A stretch of 64,000 nucleotides of DNA from Naegleria gruberi (lineage: Eukaryota), in NCBI GenBank assembly GCA_000004985.1, contig GG738908.1; one strand, written 5' to 3'. The notes under the pieces are model-generated. The model ran no database searches and was not told where the DNA came from. It worked only from the letters and a program-made list of their open reading frames with translations. Below are positions 42,293-53,550 of this stretch, piece after piece. Position 1 is the stretch's first letter. Every line of letters starts with the position of its first letter. Made by a program: the position numbers and the translations under genes.

Positions 42293-44308
42293 GTGTTTAG
42301 TTATTGCTTAATCACCCTTAAAAAAATGCCACAAGTATCCATTCGGTATGATCAAGGTTTGATATGGGAGAAAAACATCCCTTTTCAAACTGCAGTTTCA
42401 AATGTTCTAGAAGATTTCAAAGCCTTAACCGGTCACTCTTGGAAATTTTACTCTTCAAAGTGGGTGCTAAACGAGAGACTCAGAATAGAACATGATCTGA
42501 TACTTGAGGCAAAACGTACTAACAATCCCATCACAGTTTCGGTTTGCAGATCAAATTTCTTATCTAACGAAATTGTTAATGTAGTAGTTACTCTATCTAG
42601 GGACCAGCAAATAGGGGATGCACTAGAAACGTTTCTCCATGCTAATTCTGGACAGTTTGGTTTTATTATCAACAACAAACCTGTTGTCAGCAGTGATGAG
42701 TGTAGCTGGTATTGCAGAGACAATGTTATCATCATACACGCTACTGTGGCAGCAGTTATGGTTCCTGGTAAAGACTATTCTGTCCACAAAAAACAATACC
42801 TGTTCTTTGACAAAACTTTATTTATCAAACGAGCTATAGAAACAACAGCAGCAGGGTTTCCAATTGTAATTTTAAGACCCAGAAGATTTGGAAAGTCTTT
42901 CAACTTGAGAATGCTTAGGGCATTTGTTGATATTAAGCAAACAGAAGATTTATTTTCAAGAACAAAAATTGAGAAACATATCACATTTTGGGAGAATCAT
43001 TATCACAAACATCCTGTTGTCTCTTTGTCTTTCGGTATGAAACCATTTTCTTCCTTTACTGCGTTTGTTTCGAACCTATGGATGTACATATCTAAGGCGG
43101 CTGAACGCTACCAAGAGTTGGAAACAAGTTCCAAATTGAATGAAATGGAGAAATCTCAATTTAAAAAGATACTCTCAGGCAATTGTGATGAAAGTTCCTT
43201 ATCTTTACTGATTGGCTTACTCTACAGACACTTTAATTCTAAGGTTGTTTTATTGATCGATGAATATGAAACTCCAGTCCTGGCACATATTAATTCAACA
43301 TTTTCAAAAGAGGTTCTAGATTTATTCTTTGGCATGTTCATATTCTTGAAAAATGATGAGTTCATTTTGGAAAAGATACAAACAGTACTTTTTAGTGGGG
43401 TGATTTTATTGAAAGATAAAGGATACCTGTCTGGAATGAATAATTTAGTTGCTTACTCTCTGGATAAAGACAATTACTTTAGTGAAGATTTTGGAGTTAC
43501 TGAAAATGAGCTATGCCAATTTCTTACTACTTTAAGACATGGAGAAGATGTTAGTCTTGAGCTTACCAAATTGAAATCATGGTACAATGGCTATGATGTT
43601 AACAATACTCCCAAATTTCTGTTCAATGTTTGGTCGCTGAGTTGTTATTTCTCGTTTGGTAGAACTGATTATTATTGGATTAAAACAGGATCGATTGATG
43701 AACTTGCAATGTTAATCAACTCATCTTGTGTCGATGTTATTGGTGATCTTGAATTGTTAATCAATGGAAAGGAGATAAGGAAAAAATTCTCTTCAAGTGT
43801 TGACTATAAGGCCCTTTCTTTAGAATGCTCAAGAGAAAAAACCTCACTCTTTTGGCAGATGATGTATTATGCTGGATATTTAACAGGATCTAATTCAAAG
43901 ACCAAACTATTTCATCTTGAGCAACCCAATGAGAATGACGACGATGTGATACGTTTGAGGATTCCAAACTTTGAGGTAAAATCAGCTGTTTGCGAACTAA
44001 TGGAACGCCTTCAAAGACACCCAAATCTAATTCTAAACGAAACTGTTTTTATTGTGCTAACCTTTAAAGGTGCTACACATGCCATCTATCAAACAATTGA
44101 ACTTACCAACTATTACAAATGGATCAATTGTTTCGAAGAGGAACTAGAATGCAAAGGCGTTGATGAAAAGTATTCTATCAAGTACTATTTCCCGAAATTA
44201 GAACAGTACTGTTCATTCACAAAATCTGCATGTAAAACAGTATTTCCTACTTTTACAAATAAAGAATTTAAATTTGTTATTGAAAATAAGATGGAAACTG
44301 ATAAATGA
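42293..44308 (+). CDS. 'AAA-ATPase-like' (PF09820) plus C-terminal PD-(D/E)XK nuclease-like (PF08011/PDDEXK_9) family protein, with an ~190-aa N-terminal extension of unknown fold
   Basis: Diagnostic block LFFDKTLFIKRAIETTAAGFPIVILRPRRFGKSFNLRMLRAFVD (family consensus YVDKT..I..L.......FLSRPRRFGKSL..SML) and LLIDEYETP (ILIDEYD.P). C-terminal ...AGYLTGSNSKTKLFHLEQPNE...IRLRIPNFEV... The N-terminal 190 aa (PQVSIRYDQGLIWEKNIPFQ...) have no recognised match. Confidence 0.65.
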   Translation: MFSYCLITLKKMPQVSIRYDQGLIWEKNIPFQTAVSNVLEDFKALTGHSWKFYSSKWVLNERLRIEHDLILEAKRTNNPITVSVCRSNFLSNEIVNVVVTLSRDQQIGDALETFLHANSGQFGFIINNKPVVSSDECSWYCRDNVIIIHATVAAVMVPGKDYSVHKKQYLFFDKTLFIKRAIETTAAGFPIVILRPRRFGKSFNLRMLRAFVDIKQTEDLFSRTKIEKHITFWENHYHKHPVVSLSFGMKPFSSFTAFVSNLWMYISKAAERYQELETSSKLNEMEKSQFKKILSGNCDESSLSLLIGLLYRHFNSKVVLLIDEYETPVLAHINSTFSKEVLDLFFGMFIFLKNDEFILEKIQTVLFSGVILLKDKGYLSGMNNLVAYSLDKDNYFSEDFGVTENELCQFLTTLRHGEDVSLELTKLKSWYNGYDVNNTPKFLFNVWSLSCYFSFGRTDYYWIKTGSIDELAMLINSSCVDVIGDLELLINGKEIRKKFSSSVDYKALSLECSREKTSLFWQMMYYAGYLTGSNSKTKLFHLEQPNENDDDVIRLRIPNFEVKSAVCELMERLQRHPNLILNETVFIVLTFKGATHAIYQTIELTNYYKWINCFEEELECKGVDEKYSIKYYFPKLEQYCSFTKSACKTVFPTFTNKEFKFVIENKMETDK

Positions 44309-44400
44309 AGCATTTCTATAATTAAAGTTATTATTTTTTAATTAATATTGAGCCTTAATACATAAATATTAATATTTAAATGTTATAAAAAATAAGAAAA

Positions 44401-45830
44401 ATGCTTCACTTATTACACCCATATTATGGCTACTCGGAGGGGTGTAATCTCACATCTGCCGAATCATTAAGGCAAACAATGATGAAATTGGAATCGGATG
44501 ACAATGATCATGATATCGGAGTGAAATTAAACAAAGAATTGAGAAGAAGAAAGATCAACGTGACGAAGGTTGTTTGTGCTTTTGGACTAGTACTATTCCT
44601 TATTACAGGTAATTTTTCTTTCATACATAAACCGATGAAATTATGGAATTGCATAGATAATTCATCCGTCTATGCTTTAGGTCCAAATTCAATTCCTAGT
44701 GGTGCTAAATATGCTCCATCGGAATTTGTTGATAATGGTTATTTGAAAGAACCTTATCTAATTATTGATGGAAATGAAATTCCAGTTAGAGATATAATTT
44801 CCTCTTCATCTCATAATCTGTTTTTGACCTATAATAATGATATTTATGGATGTGGACATAATGGAAGAATGCAAATGTACACAAATTCAAAGAAATCATT
44901 TTCTGATTTGGAAGAAGTTACAAAATTATCAATTCCAAACGCTGGAAATCCAAAGTTTAAACTTGCTTCTTCAGGTAATTGTTGGAATTGTTTTTATATT
45001 AATTAATTATGAATATTGAAACAGGAACTGATTTTAGCATTTGTATTACAGATGATAACAAGATGTTTGCAAGTGGAGTTAATTATTCGGGACAATGTGG
45101 AATTGGCTCTTCAAAACCTCAATTCATGGCCATGATAGACTATGAGAGCCAGTTATTATCATTAGATCCAAATTCTAATTGTGAAATTATTGAAATACAT
45201 TCAAACGATAACTCTACAATCTTCAGAACTAGTGAAGGGAAATTGTATGGATTTGGAAACCATTCTTATGGATGTTTTGGTTTGGGGGAGGATATCGAAA
45301 GAGAAAATCATGAAATATGTCGGGTTGGTAGTGGATCAAAAGAATTTATGAAAGAAAAGTGTATTTCCTTCTCATGTGGAATGTTCTTTGTTTGTGCTAT
45401 CACCGAATCAAATCATTTATATGCATTTGGATATAATAATTGTCATCAATTATCAGCTAAGGATTTGCACACTGTTTATACACCTGTCAAGATTAACTTG
45501 ACTGATTGTCTTTCCAATAATGCCAGTAATATTCCAGGTTACAGTGGGTTAGTTTCATCAGTAGTATGTGGAGGTTATTCCACTTTTGCTCTTTCCATGG
45601 ACAATAAGATATACATAACAGGTTATTTCAAATCAGATGACATTATCAAAAGTTTTAAATGCTTGACAGAATTTGAATTGGAAAGCAAAACCCCAATTCA
45701 AATGAGTAACGGTGATTTTCACTCTGCAATTCTAGTCAAGTATGATTATATTTCACATTTATTCCCTAGACTATCAACATTGCTTCAAATAGCTTACCTA
45801 AGTGATGTTTGTTTTCATTTTGATTGTTGA
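44401..45830 (+). CDS. RCC1-repeat (regulator of chromosome condensation-like) protein with an N-terminal transmembrane anchor. Exons 44401..44974 and 45025..45830 with a 50-nt GTAATT..ACAG intron.
   Basis: TM segment KVVCAFGLVLFLITGNFSFI. RCC1 blades DIYGCGHNGRMQ, MFASGVNYSGQCGIGS, KLYGFGNHSYGCFGLGE, HLYAFGYNNCHQLS, KIYITGYF. The exons join in frame. Confidence 0.65.
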
Positions 45831-45964
45831 AGCCTAAGATAAATATTGGAATATCAAGAAGAAGCTTTGTTGTTTGGTCACTTAAGTATTTTGTACTGGA
45901 AAAACCAGACAAACAAGATGTATAATCAATTCCACAAAATAGTGTTACTATTTATTATTCCATT

Positions 45965-48900
45965 CTATAAATGGACATTATCATTCTTATTCAACACCTT
46001 GTGGAAGTGGTGAATTGATAAGAAATAAGCCTCTGGTCTACCACTAAGATCAACCCACTCTTGTGTGGTCATATCATTTTCATGATTGAACCACAATCTG
46101 AAAATATGGTGTCTGGCAGGAACCCATGTGTGGTTAGTTACTGAATCAGTAAACAATGTAATACCTTGGAATTCACCCTCCAGAAGCATCTTGACCTTTT
46201 CCTTGAAAAGTGGAATATTTGGTGAATATAATGCTCGAGAGAATGCCATAGCATCACCCTGACCTCTCTTTCTTCCAAAAATCATACCAGCAGCTTCATA
46301 AATATCAGAAGTGGAAGCAAAGAGAGAGGCAACTCTGGCCACACTACAAGAGTTCATTTCTGAGATAAAGTTTGCATAGAGTCCGTTTCTCTTGTTTTGT
46401 ACATGTTCTAGAACAATTTTTCTCAAATAGTTAGTACGTTCCTCTTGGGTGGATGAGAATGGTGAAATGTATTCATTTCTTTGGATAGCCTCTCTTCTAT
46501 TAGCATTCTTTTGATGATTAATGGTTTGAATAAGGAGGCAGATCTTGGCTGAATTATCAATATCCAAAACAATTTCATTTTGTTGTCCCATCCAGTTATT
46601 GATCTTTACAAGGTACTTTTGAATTCTCTTTTGGAAAACCTCAGAAAGCTTTGTATACAATTCTTCAGCCTTTGGTGTGAGCTCTGTTAAATTCAAAATA
46701 TAATCTTCAATGTCTTGGTTTTCATTAACAGTTTCCTTAACAGTTTCAGTTGATGTGGTTCCAGACGATTCAGTTGAAACAACAGGAGTATTTGAAATTC
46801 CCAACATGCTTCTAATAGTTTCTCCATAGTGAGTTTCTTGAGATGAACTGTTGTTAATCATTTCACGATACTTTTCCTTCTTGATTTCTACAAATTCAGT
46901 AATCATCTTGTTAGTGTCGATACCAAGTAATGAGAACCACAAATCAACAGTAACTTCATCTAAATTCAATGAGAATCCACCCTTTCTTCTCAATTCTTCT
47001 TCAGCAATATTCTTGAAGAATAATCCCATGTCCACAGAGTTTACATCAACATATCCCAGCTTTTGGGCACAGATTAATTGGGCTAGGAATACTTCATTAT
47101 TTGGAATAACGTCTACAGTTCTGGTTTCTGGCTTGGTATTGTAATCAGTTAAGAGCTTTAACAATGTTTCAGACATCTTTTCTTGCATGTGTTCAGATGA
47201 GCATTCTTTTACAATTTGTAAACAAGTGTCCATAACAAGGTTTAATCTCATACTTTGGAATTCTGTGAGTTCAGATTCTGAACTTTCTTGTAATAACTTA
47301 TTGAGAACCAAGAATGGAATAGTCTTGAATTGTTCGAAAGCATATCCCATAATATCCAATGTTGCAATAAATCCCAAAATTGGCTTCATCTTTTGTCTGG
47401 AAACCTTCCAATGTTCTTCGCTGATAAACAATGGAAGAACTGCATTGATGCTTTCTCTTGAAGCACCAGAAATAATCTTAGCTTCATTTGGATTATGTTG
47501 TTCATTGACTCGAACATCCTTGAAACCACCATGAGAACTTTCTACATTATAAGCACTTCCAATAGAGAAGGTAACTGAGTCAAGGAAAGATTCCGCTGAC
47601 ATAAGAGATGTGGAAACTGAACTAATTTGAACCTTGCTAGAATCAGCAATAGCTGTTTGAGGACGATTGACCTGTAATCCCAAACATAAACAGTCCTTAT
47701 CTTGCAAGAGATCGATCCAATTACAACATGTGTAAAAACATGGTCCTATTTCATCTGCTTGCTTGGAGTACTTTCCCTTAATTTCTTCAAAATTCATAGT
47801 ATCTACAGAATTTTTGATTATTTCTTCTGCCTTTTCGAACAATTCAACATTGTTTTGAGCTCTTTGATCCAACTTCTTTTGTAAACTTCTCTTGGTAATA
47901 GATCTGTAAGCTAAAGAATTGAGGTTGGCAATCTTTTCATTGGAAAGAGTTCCAACCATAGATTCAGCTAAAACCTTGTTGAAATTCGCCAATGAATCAA
48001 AGATAGGTTCAATCAATTGGAAAAGAGCTCTTCTAACAGATCTGTCACGATTCTTTCTAATGTCTGAACTAATAGATTCCAGCTTTTCTTCAATAGTCTT
48101 TCCCTTGGTGTGAATCTCCTCCAATGAAGTAGTTTCGCTTGAGATGGTTCCAGCAGCTTCAATCAAAAATCTTTCAATTGACTTGATTTGTAAGGAGAGC
48201 TTTTCTATTGATGATGGTTCGCTTCTTTCGAATGCTTCTAACGATACAGGTACAGTTGTATTTTCGAATTCTAGGTAAATTTGAGATTCTGGAGCCAGTT
48301 CAATATTAATGAAAGATTGGAAAGTTATTAATCCATCATCATTTTCCAAATTAATCCTTTCCTTCAAAATTTCAATTCCTTCCTTATCCTTGACAATTAA
48401 ATTACAAGTCAAAGAACTTCCCTTTACAAGTTCAGTTAAACAATTAACACAAGTTGAAATAGAAGAAGCAGATTCAGCATATTGGAAAGTACCTTGAGCT
48501 GATCCCAATCTTGTCATATCTGTCAATAATCTTGCATCGTGTCCTGATGAAAAACCAATTGTATGGAACTCAAACGATTCACTCTCAGTTGTTAATCTCT
48601 TCTTCATCATGTCAATTGCAGTTTCTCTATTGCCATTATAACCATCTTGACCATCAGTAAAGAACACGATAGCAATTTGTCCATCCAACGCACCAGTAAA
48701 TAATCTAATAGCATCAAATACACATGCAAAATCAGTACCACCTCCTGCATGCACTCTTTGAACTTGATTTAACTTTTCAGTAAGTGACATTCTTGACATG
48801 TCAATCAATTCAGCACTTGTATCATAAGGAATGAATAGTACTCTCTCATTGTGACCATCAATATTTGTCAAGAGTGATTCCAGTGCCAATTTTGCTTCAG

Positions 48901-49162
48901 AGATGGCAGATCCACTCATTGATCCCGAACGATCAAGAGCAATGACCAGCAATTTACCTCTCTTTGATGATAATTCTTCCACATTTTGACCTTCCATTCT
49001 CAGCTGCATGGAAATTATATTCATGATTGATGAATCCAATGGAGACTCCACTTGGACCATCTTTTGCTTTTCAATACGAAATACAACTCCAGATGAAGTT
49101 GTTTGTTCTTCTTGGTGAGACATTTTTTTTTCAAAGTTCATCCTTGTTGATTTGATTCCCAC
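45965..49162 (-). CDS. large von Willebrand factor A (vWA) domain protein (1065 aa) with an N-terminal MIDAS-type vWA domain and a long C-terminal region of unknown function
   Basis: LLVIALDRSGSMSGSAI (DxSxS MIDAS), ...HAGGGTDFACVFDAI..., IVFFTDGQDG. The C-terminal ~800 aa are non-repetitive and unrecognised. Confidence 0.7.
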   Translation of the reverse strand: MGIKSTRMNFEKKMSHQEEQTTSSGVVFRIEKQKMVQVESPLDSSIMNIISMQLRMEGQNVEELSSKRGKLLVIALDRSGSMSGSAISEAKLALESLLTNIDGHNERVLFIPYDTSAELIDMSRMSLTEKLNQVQRVHAGGGTDFACVFDAIRLFTGALDGQIAIVFFTDGQDGYNGNRETAIDMMKKRLTTESESFEFHTIGFSSGHDARLLTDMTRLGSAQGTFQYAESASSISTCVNCLTELVKGSSLTCNLIVKDKEGIEILKERINLENDDGLITFQSFINIELAPESQIYLEFENTTVPVSLEAFERSEPSSIEKLSLQIKSIERFLIEAAGTISSETTSLEEIHTKGKTIEEKLESISSDIRKNRDRSVRRALFQLIEPIFDSLANFNKVLAESMVGTLSNEKIANLNSLAYRSITKRSLQKKLDQRAQNNVELFEKAEEIIKNSVDTMNFEEIKGKYSKQADEIGPCFYTCCNWIDLLQDKDCLCLGLQVNRPQTAIADSSKVQISSVSTSLMSAESFLDSVTFSIGSAYNVESSHGGFKDVRVNEQHNPNEAKIISGASRESINAVLPLFISEEHWKVSRQKMKPILGFIATLDIMGYAFEQFKTIPFLVLNKLLQESSESELTEFQSMRLNLVMDTCLQIVKECSSEHMQEKMSETLLKLLTDYNTKPETRTVDVIPNNEVFLAQLICAQKLGYVDVNSVDMGLFFKNIAEEELRRKGGFSLNLDEVTVDLWFSLLGIDTNKMITEFVEIKKEKYREMINNSSSQETHYGETIRSMLGISNTPVVSTESSGTTSTETVKETVNENQDIEDYILNLTELTPKAEELYTKLSEVFQKRIQKYLVKINNWMGQQNEIVLDIDNSAKICLLIQTINHQKNANRREAIQRNEYISPFSSTQEERTNYLRKIVLEHVQNKRNGLYANFISEMNSCSVARVASLFASTSDIYEAAGMIFGRKRGQGDAMAFSRALYSPNIPLFKEKVKMLLEGEFQGITLFTDSVTNHTWVPARHHIFRLWFNHENDMTTQEWVDLSGRPEAYFLSIHHFHKVLNKNDNVHL

Positions 49163-49550
49163 AAGATGTATTTATGCAAAACCTGTGGTGCATTTTCAAA
49201 AGTGATAAATGGATAATAATTGAGTGATGAGTGCATTTTAAAGAACGATCAATTGGATGAATTTTAATGCTACATGAATTTTGTTGTGTTGTTTAGTTGA
49301 TATTTGTGAAGTATCATTACAATGCATTTATTTTTTGATCCAATAAGCTGGAGTGATTTTCTCATATTGAGTATTCCATAATGTTGTTCTAATCTAAGTG
49401 GTCCCAATCCGATTGCATAATAAAACTTTCCCAATAATATTTTAACTTTCGAACAGTAACATTAAAATTTCAGTAAAACCAATGTTCATCACCAGCATTA
49501 CAATGACCCAAATAGTTAACATAAAAATCCGATATCCGTTCAAAAAAAAA

Positions 49551-50956
49551 ATGCTCAACTGGAAAGCTCCTCTCAGATTTTATTTATTTATTGTTGTTAT
49601 CAGCAGCTTCTTTACCTTGTCTATAATTCACAACAGCTTTGCCAAACCACTTTTCGGAGAGATACAAACAACATCACTCAATCAGAATATTATTTTCAAA
49701 CATGGGAGAGTGCTTCCGATCACGAATCAAACACTTCCTGTCGTATTCGATTGGTCGGGTGTGAGTATTACCTCTGCTTTTAGAATGGATAGTGAACAAG
49801 TTTTGGATATTAAAGTTCAACTCACAATGCACGATGTTGGAAATTTGTATAATGTTTACTTGTGGAAGGAAACTGAAAATGGTCCAAGAAAATTAGTTTC
49901 CAATCAGATTTTGACAACTATTTCATCACCAATTCCAAAGCAGTATACTGTTAGATTTACATTCCTTGGTGATCCAGAGGCATTATTCGTTTTTGAATTT
50001 GAAAAGAGAACTGAGGCCTTCCTTGGAACTGTTACATTATCTGATGTACAATTAATAAGTACTTTGGATGTTCAATTAGTTGAACAAGAAACAAGTCAAA
50101 CAAAAGGTTCAAATGGGAAATTAATTGTTGAGTTTCTTGGCGATTCTCTTTCTTGTGCATATGGTTTGTAATCATTTAATTAATATGGTCACTTTACAAT
50201 TTTCATTCTTTAGGAAATCTTGGAAAGCCACCATGTGGATATAGTGTAACCACTCAAGATGTTCATCAAAGCTTTGTTGTCAAGACAGCTCAGTATTTAC
50301 AAGCTGATGAGTATCATGTCGAATGTTACAGGTTAGTTTAAATTAATTCATAAATTAGTAACCATCTAATATTCTTGTTATAATGACGACATGCCTTAAT
50401 CTCATACATGGTGGATATGTTTTCAATATTGAATGTAAAATGTTTTTGCAGTGGAAAAGGAGTGGTTAGAAATTATGCAGATCCTTCATCCACATCTAAG
50501 GATCCTTATCCAGTTTATTATCCACGAACTGTTGCCAATCAAAACATTTCCAATTGGAACTTTACAGACTACATTCCAAGTCTCGTTGTTATTACTCTGG
50601 GTGGCAATGATTTCTCAACTGCACCTAGACCTTCCTATGAACAATATTATGGTGGATATATTAATTTATTGAACTTTGTTTATGGAAAATACCTTGCCAA
50701 AAAGCCTGACCTTAAAGTAGTTCTTGTTTGTGGCCCATTAGAGTTCGATTGTTGGGAAAATTACACTGAAAGAGTTTCAAATCAAGCAGCTCCTCAATTT
50801 CCTCAAAACTCACTCTATTTCCTTTCAATGCATAATTTATTGAATCAAAATACCGACATTGGTTGTGCATCTCATCCAAATGTTCAAGGAGATGAGAAGA
50901 TGGCCAAATTACTGTCCTCCTTCATTCAAAACAAGGTCTTATTACCTAGTCATTAA
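49551..50956 (+). CDS. secreted SGNH/GDSL hydrolase with an N-terminal beta-sandwich domain (carbohydrate esterase family 2-like). Exons 49551..50163, 50214..50331 and 50452..50956.
   Basis: Signal peptide MLNWKAPLRFYLFIVVISSFFTLSIIHNSFA. GDSL block IVEFLGDSLSCAYG|NLG..., block III VVITLGGNDFS, C-terminal D..H (GCASHPNVQGDEK). Two GT..AG introns (50 and 120 nt) with consistent phases (G|GA, AG|T). Confidence 0.65.
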
Positions 50957-51621
50957 ATAATTAATATTAATAATATACAACACTATTAAGTACTGTAACA
51001 CCACCATTCTGAAACATCCATCTCTCTAATTTGAACTATAATTTTCATGTCTCTTTTATAAAAAACATCTCTTTATTTACTCAAATTGACAAAATCCATA
51101 AAAGTGGCATCCCGTTCTAACTTCGAATGGAGAGATGCGGAGATTAAACAACTTCAAGTGTGAAAAGATTCTTCAGTATTACTGCGGATGCCTTTTTTTC
51201 TTTATTTCCACTTGTTTGCCTTTTTTCAACTCAAAACAACAAGGTCACAACACTTAAATCTCCAACAGTGAGAATACTTTGAAAAAGTGCCTAGATTCAC
51301 TCTAGCTAAATCAACTAACTCTCAAACTTTGAAGTTTATTTCCAACACAACACAATATCCAAATAGGTCTATCTTTTTTACAAGCTCTCCGTTTGCTTGA
51401 TGTGTGGATAACTTGTGTCTTCTCTCCATAATATATTACTCTTCTTGTCGACCATCTCTCTCAATTTGTAAATCGACAATTTCTGTTGTTGTTGTTTGAC
51501 ATATATTGAAAAATCAAGTCGAAAACACAATTAAGCACACCACAACACAAACCGACCTACTATTGTATCCTTGTATCATCATCTTTAATCATCATCATCA
51601 TAACAATTATTTTAATACATA

Positions 51622-53274
51622 ATGAAATTTCAAATCAATAAGGAGCAAATACAGCAATACTTTCATCTACCATTGGAAGAGGCTGCTATCAAGTTGGGAT
51701 GTTGCTCCTCTGTTCTGAAGAGAACATGTAGACAATTAGGTATTAAACGATGGCCCTACCGAAGAATGAAAAGCCTCTCAAAACGACAAAATCAACTCCA
51801 ACAACAATTAACAACCCTCCACGATCAATACATGAAGAGTAGGAAACAATTGGAAGATGTTGAAGGAGAGATGGATGTTATTATCAAGGAAGAATTGAGT
51901 GGTATTGCTGAAGGTGCTACTGTCATTATAGATGATGCAAATATTGATGTTGATCCAACACTGGATTATGATCAGAATGATATTATTAATATTAATACTG
52001 CTTCTTCTTCAACTGGTAATCCTACTACTTTTAACTTTAATAACAACTTTGAAATCATGTTGATTCCTTCATCATCAACATCATCAACATCTTCACCACC
52101 TTCAAGTAGTACATTGGCATCATCGTCTTCGGTATCATCTCTTCCTAATCATCATGTACATACATCATCCTCATATGTTTCTCCACAACAACAACAACCA
52201 TCAAAACCTGTTATTTCTCCATCACAACAACATGTTATTAGAGATGTTGAGTTGAACATGCAGCACAACAACAATAGCAACATGGATATGATGATGCCTA
52301 TTCATAATGCGAGTTCTAATTCGTTCACTGCTCCATCCACATCCTTCAATAACAACCTTCATCGTACAATGTGTGAATCCAATAATGGAGATCCAATTTC
52401 AATGACTACTAACATGCATATTTCTCCTCAGCAACAACAAGTAGGTCATCAGCAACATGCTAACAATCTTTGCAATACATCATTACATGAATCATTTGAC
52501 CATGCTTTTGGAAATGTTGTGAATAATAATCAATTTATGCAATCTTCGCATGTTGATGCTAATAAGCACTCATGTAATGGAATATCAAATACAGCATCAT
52601 CAAGTAGTAGTGGATGGAATAATGAAAAATCAGAATTGGATACATCTCAATATAATAATTTGGATAATGAACACTCGTTCGATGCATCTGTACATGAATC
52701 AATTAATACTGCTGATTATACAACGAGAGGGAGAGGAGGTTATTCATTTCCAAATCATAAACATGATTCAAGTAGGTCACCATCATCAAATTATGCCATG
52801 CAACATGTGGAGCCATGTTTTAGACCATTAATTTCAACATTGGATGGAGTGAATGTAAATGCTGCACTAACTAATGATAGAGGAGTGTTAATGTGGTTTT
52901 CTAAGGGGCTAATGGAAACACTCCCATCCTATTTTAATACAAAGGCAGTGAATAAGGATTATACTAAGGATGATACATTTAAAGGATCAACTATTGATGT
53001 ATATGAATCGTTTTATAGAAGAAGAGCCACACATGGAACTATTAGAATGATTCAGTGCTTTTTTGAAAGATATGTAGTGGTGGATAGTCATGGAGTGATG
53101 CTTGATCATTACTCTGCGCATCCATCTGCTGGATCGCATTACATGTGGTATTTGCATGTGAGGAAGGAAACTGATTTTTCTCTCATTTCATCTTATTTCA
53201 ATCCTTCCGATAGAAATAAGGCACTTCAGTTTGGGGTACCTTATACTTTCGAATTGGAGGATGACAACAAGTAG
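51622..53274 (+). CDS. RWP-RK domain transcription factor
   Basis: N-terminal FHLPLEEAAIKLGCCSSVLKRTCRQLGIKRWPYRRMKS (RWPxRK motif) followed by Ser/Asn/Gln-rich low complexity and a conserved C-terminal block (...RMIQCFFERYVVVDSHGVMLDHYSAHPSAG...). Preceded by an unusually C-rich ~600-nt upstream leader. Confidence 0.75.
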   Translation: MKFQINKEQIQQYFHLPLEEAAIKLGCCSSVLKRTCRQLGIKRWPYRRMKSLSKRQNQLQQQLTTLHDQYMKSRKQLEDVEGEMDVIIKEELSGIAEGATVIIDDANIDVDPTLDYDQNDIININTASSSTGNPTTFNFNNNFEIMLIPSSSTSSTSSPPSSSTLASSSSVSSLPNHHVHTSSSYVSPQQQQPSKPVISPSQQHVIRDVELNMQHNNNSNMDMMMPIHNASSNSFTAPSTSFNNNLHRTMCESNNGDPISMTTNMHISPQQQQVGHQQHANNLCNTSLHESFDHAFGNVVNNNQFMQSSHVDANKHSCNGISNTASSSSSGWNNEKSELDTSQYNNLDNEHSFDASVHESINTADYTTRGRGGYSFPNHKHDSSRSPSSNYAMQHVEPCFRPLISTLDGVNVNAALTNDRGVLMWFSKGLMETLPSYFNTKAVNKDYTKDDTFKGSTIDVYESFYRRRATHGTIRMIQCFFERYVVVDSHGVMLDHYSAHPSAGSHYMWYLHVRKETDFSLISSYFNPSDRNKALQFGVPYTFELEDDNK

Positions 53275-53550
53275 ATTGGTCATCTTTGTAGATTTAATTT
53301 ATTGTTGCCAACTGTAGTTTAAAATTCTATTGATTCATGTTCTTTTTGATTGAGGTTATTGTGAAGATAGAATTTATGAAACTTAGTTTTCGGTTCAAAA
53401 TCATGGCTTAACCTAATTGTGGAATGGATTTGGAATAATTGGATAATATTTTGAAACAATCTTCCCAAATCACCTTGGTTTTGAGAAACTGAAATTGACA
53501 CTTTCTTTTGAAACAAAATCAATCTTGGTGTTTACTTTGTTTTTTTAACA

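Noticed and set aside
46851-48497. Several 60-115-aa plus-strand ORFs (46851..47144, 47187..47534, 47702..47884, 47919..48113, 48309..48497)
   Set aside because: All are antisense within the 1065-aa vWA gene. Antisense ORFs of this size are expected by chance in a long AT-biased CDS, as are similar ones inside the ABCC, tubulin, SNF2 and PYROXD1-like genes.
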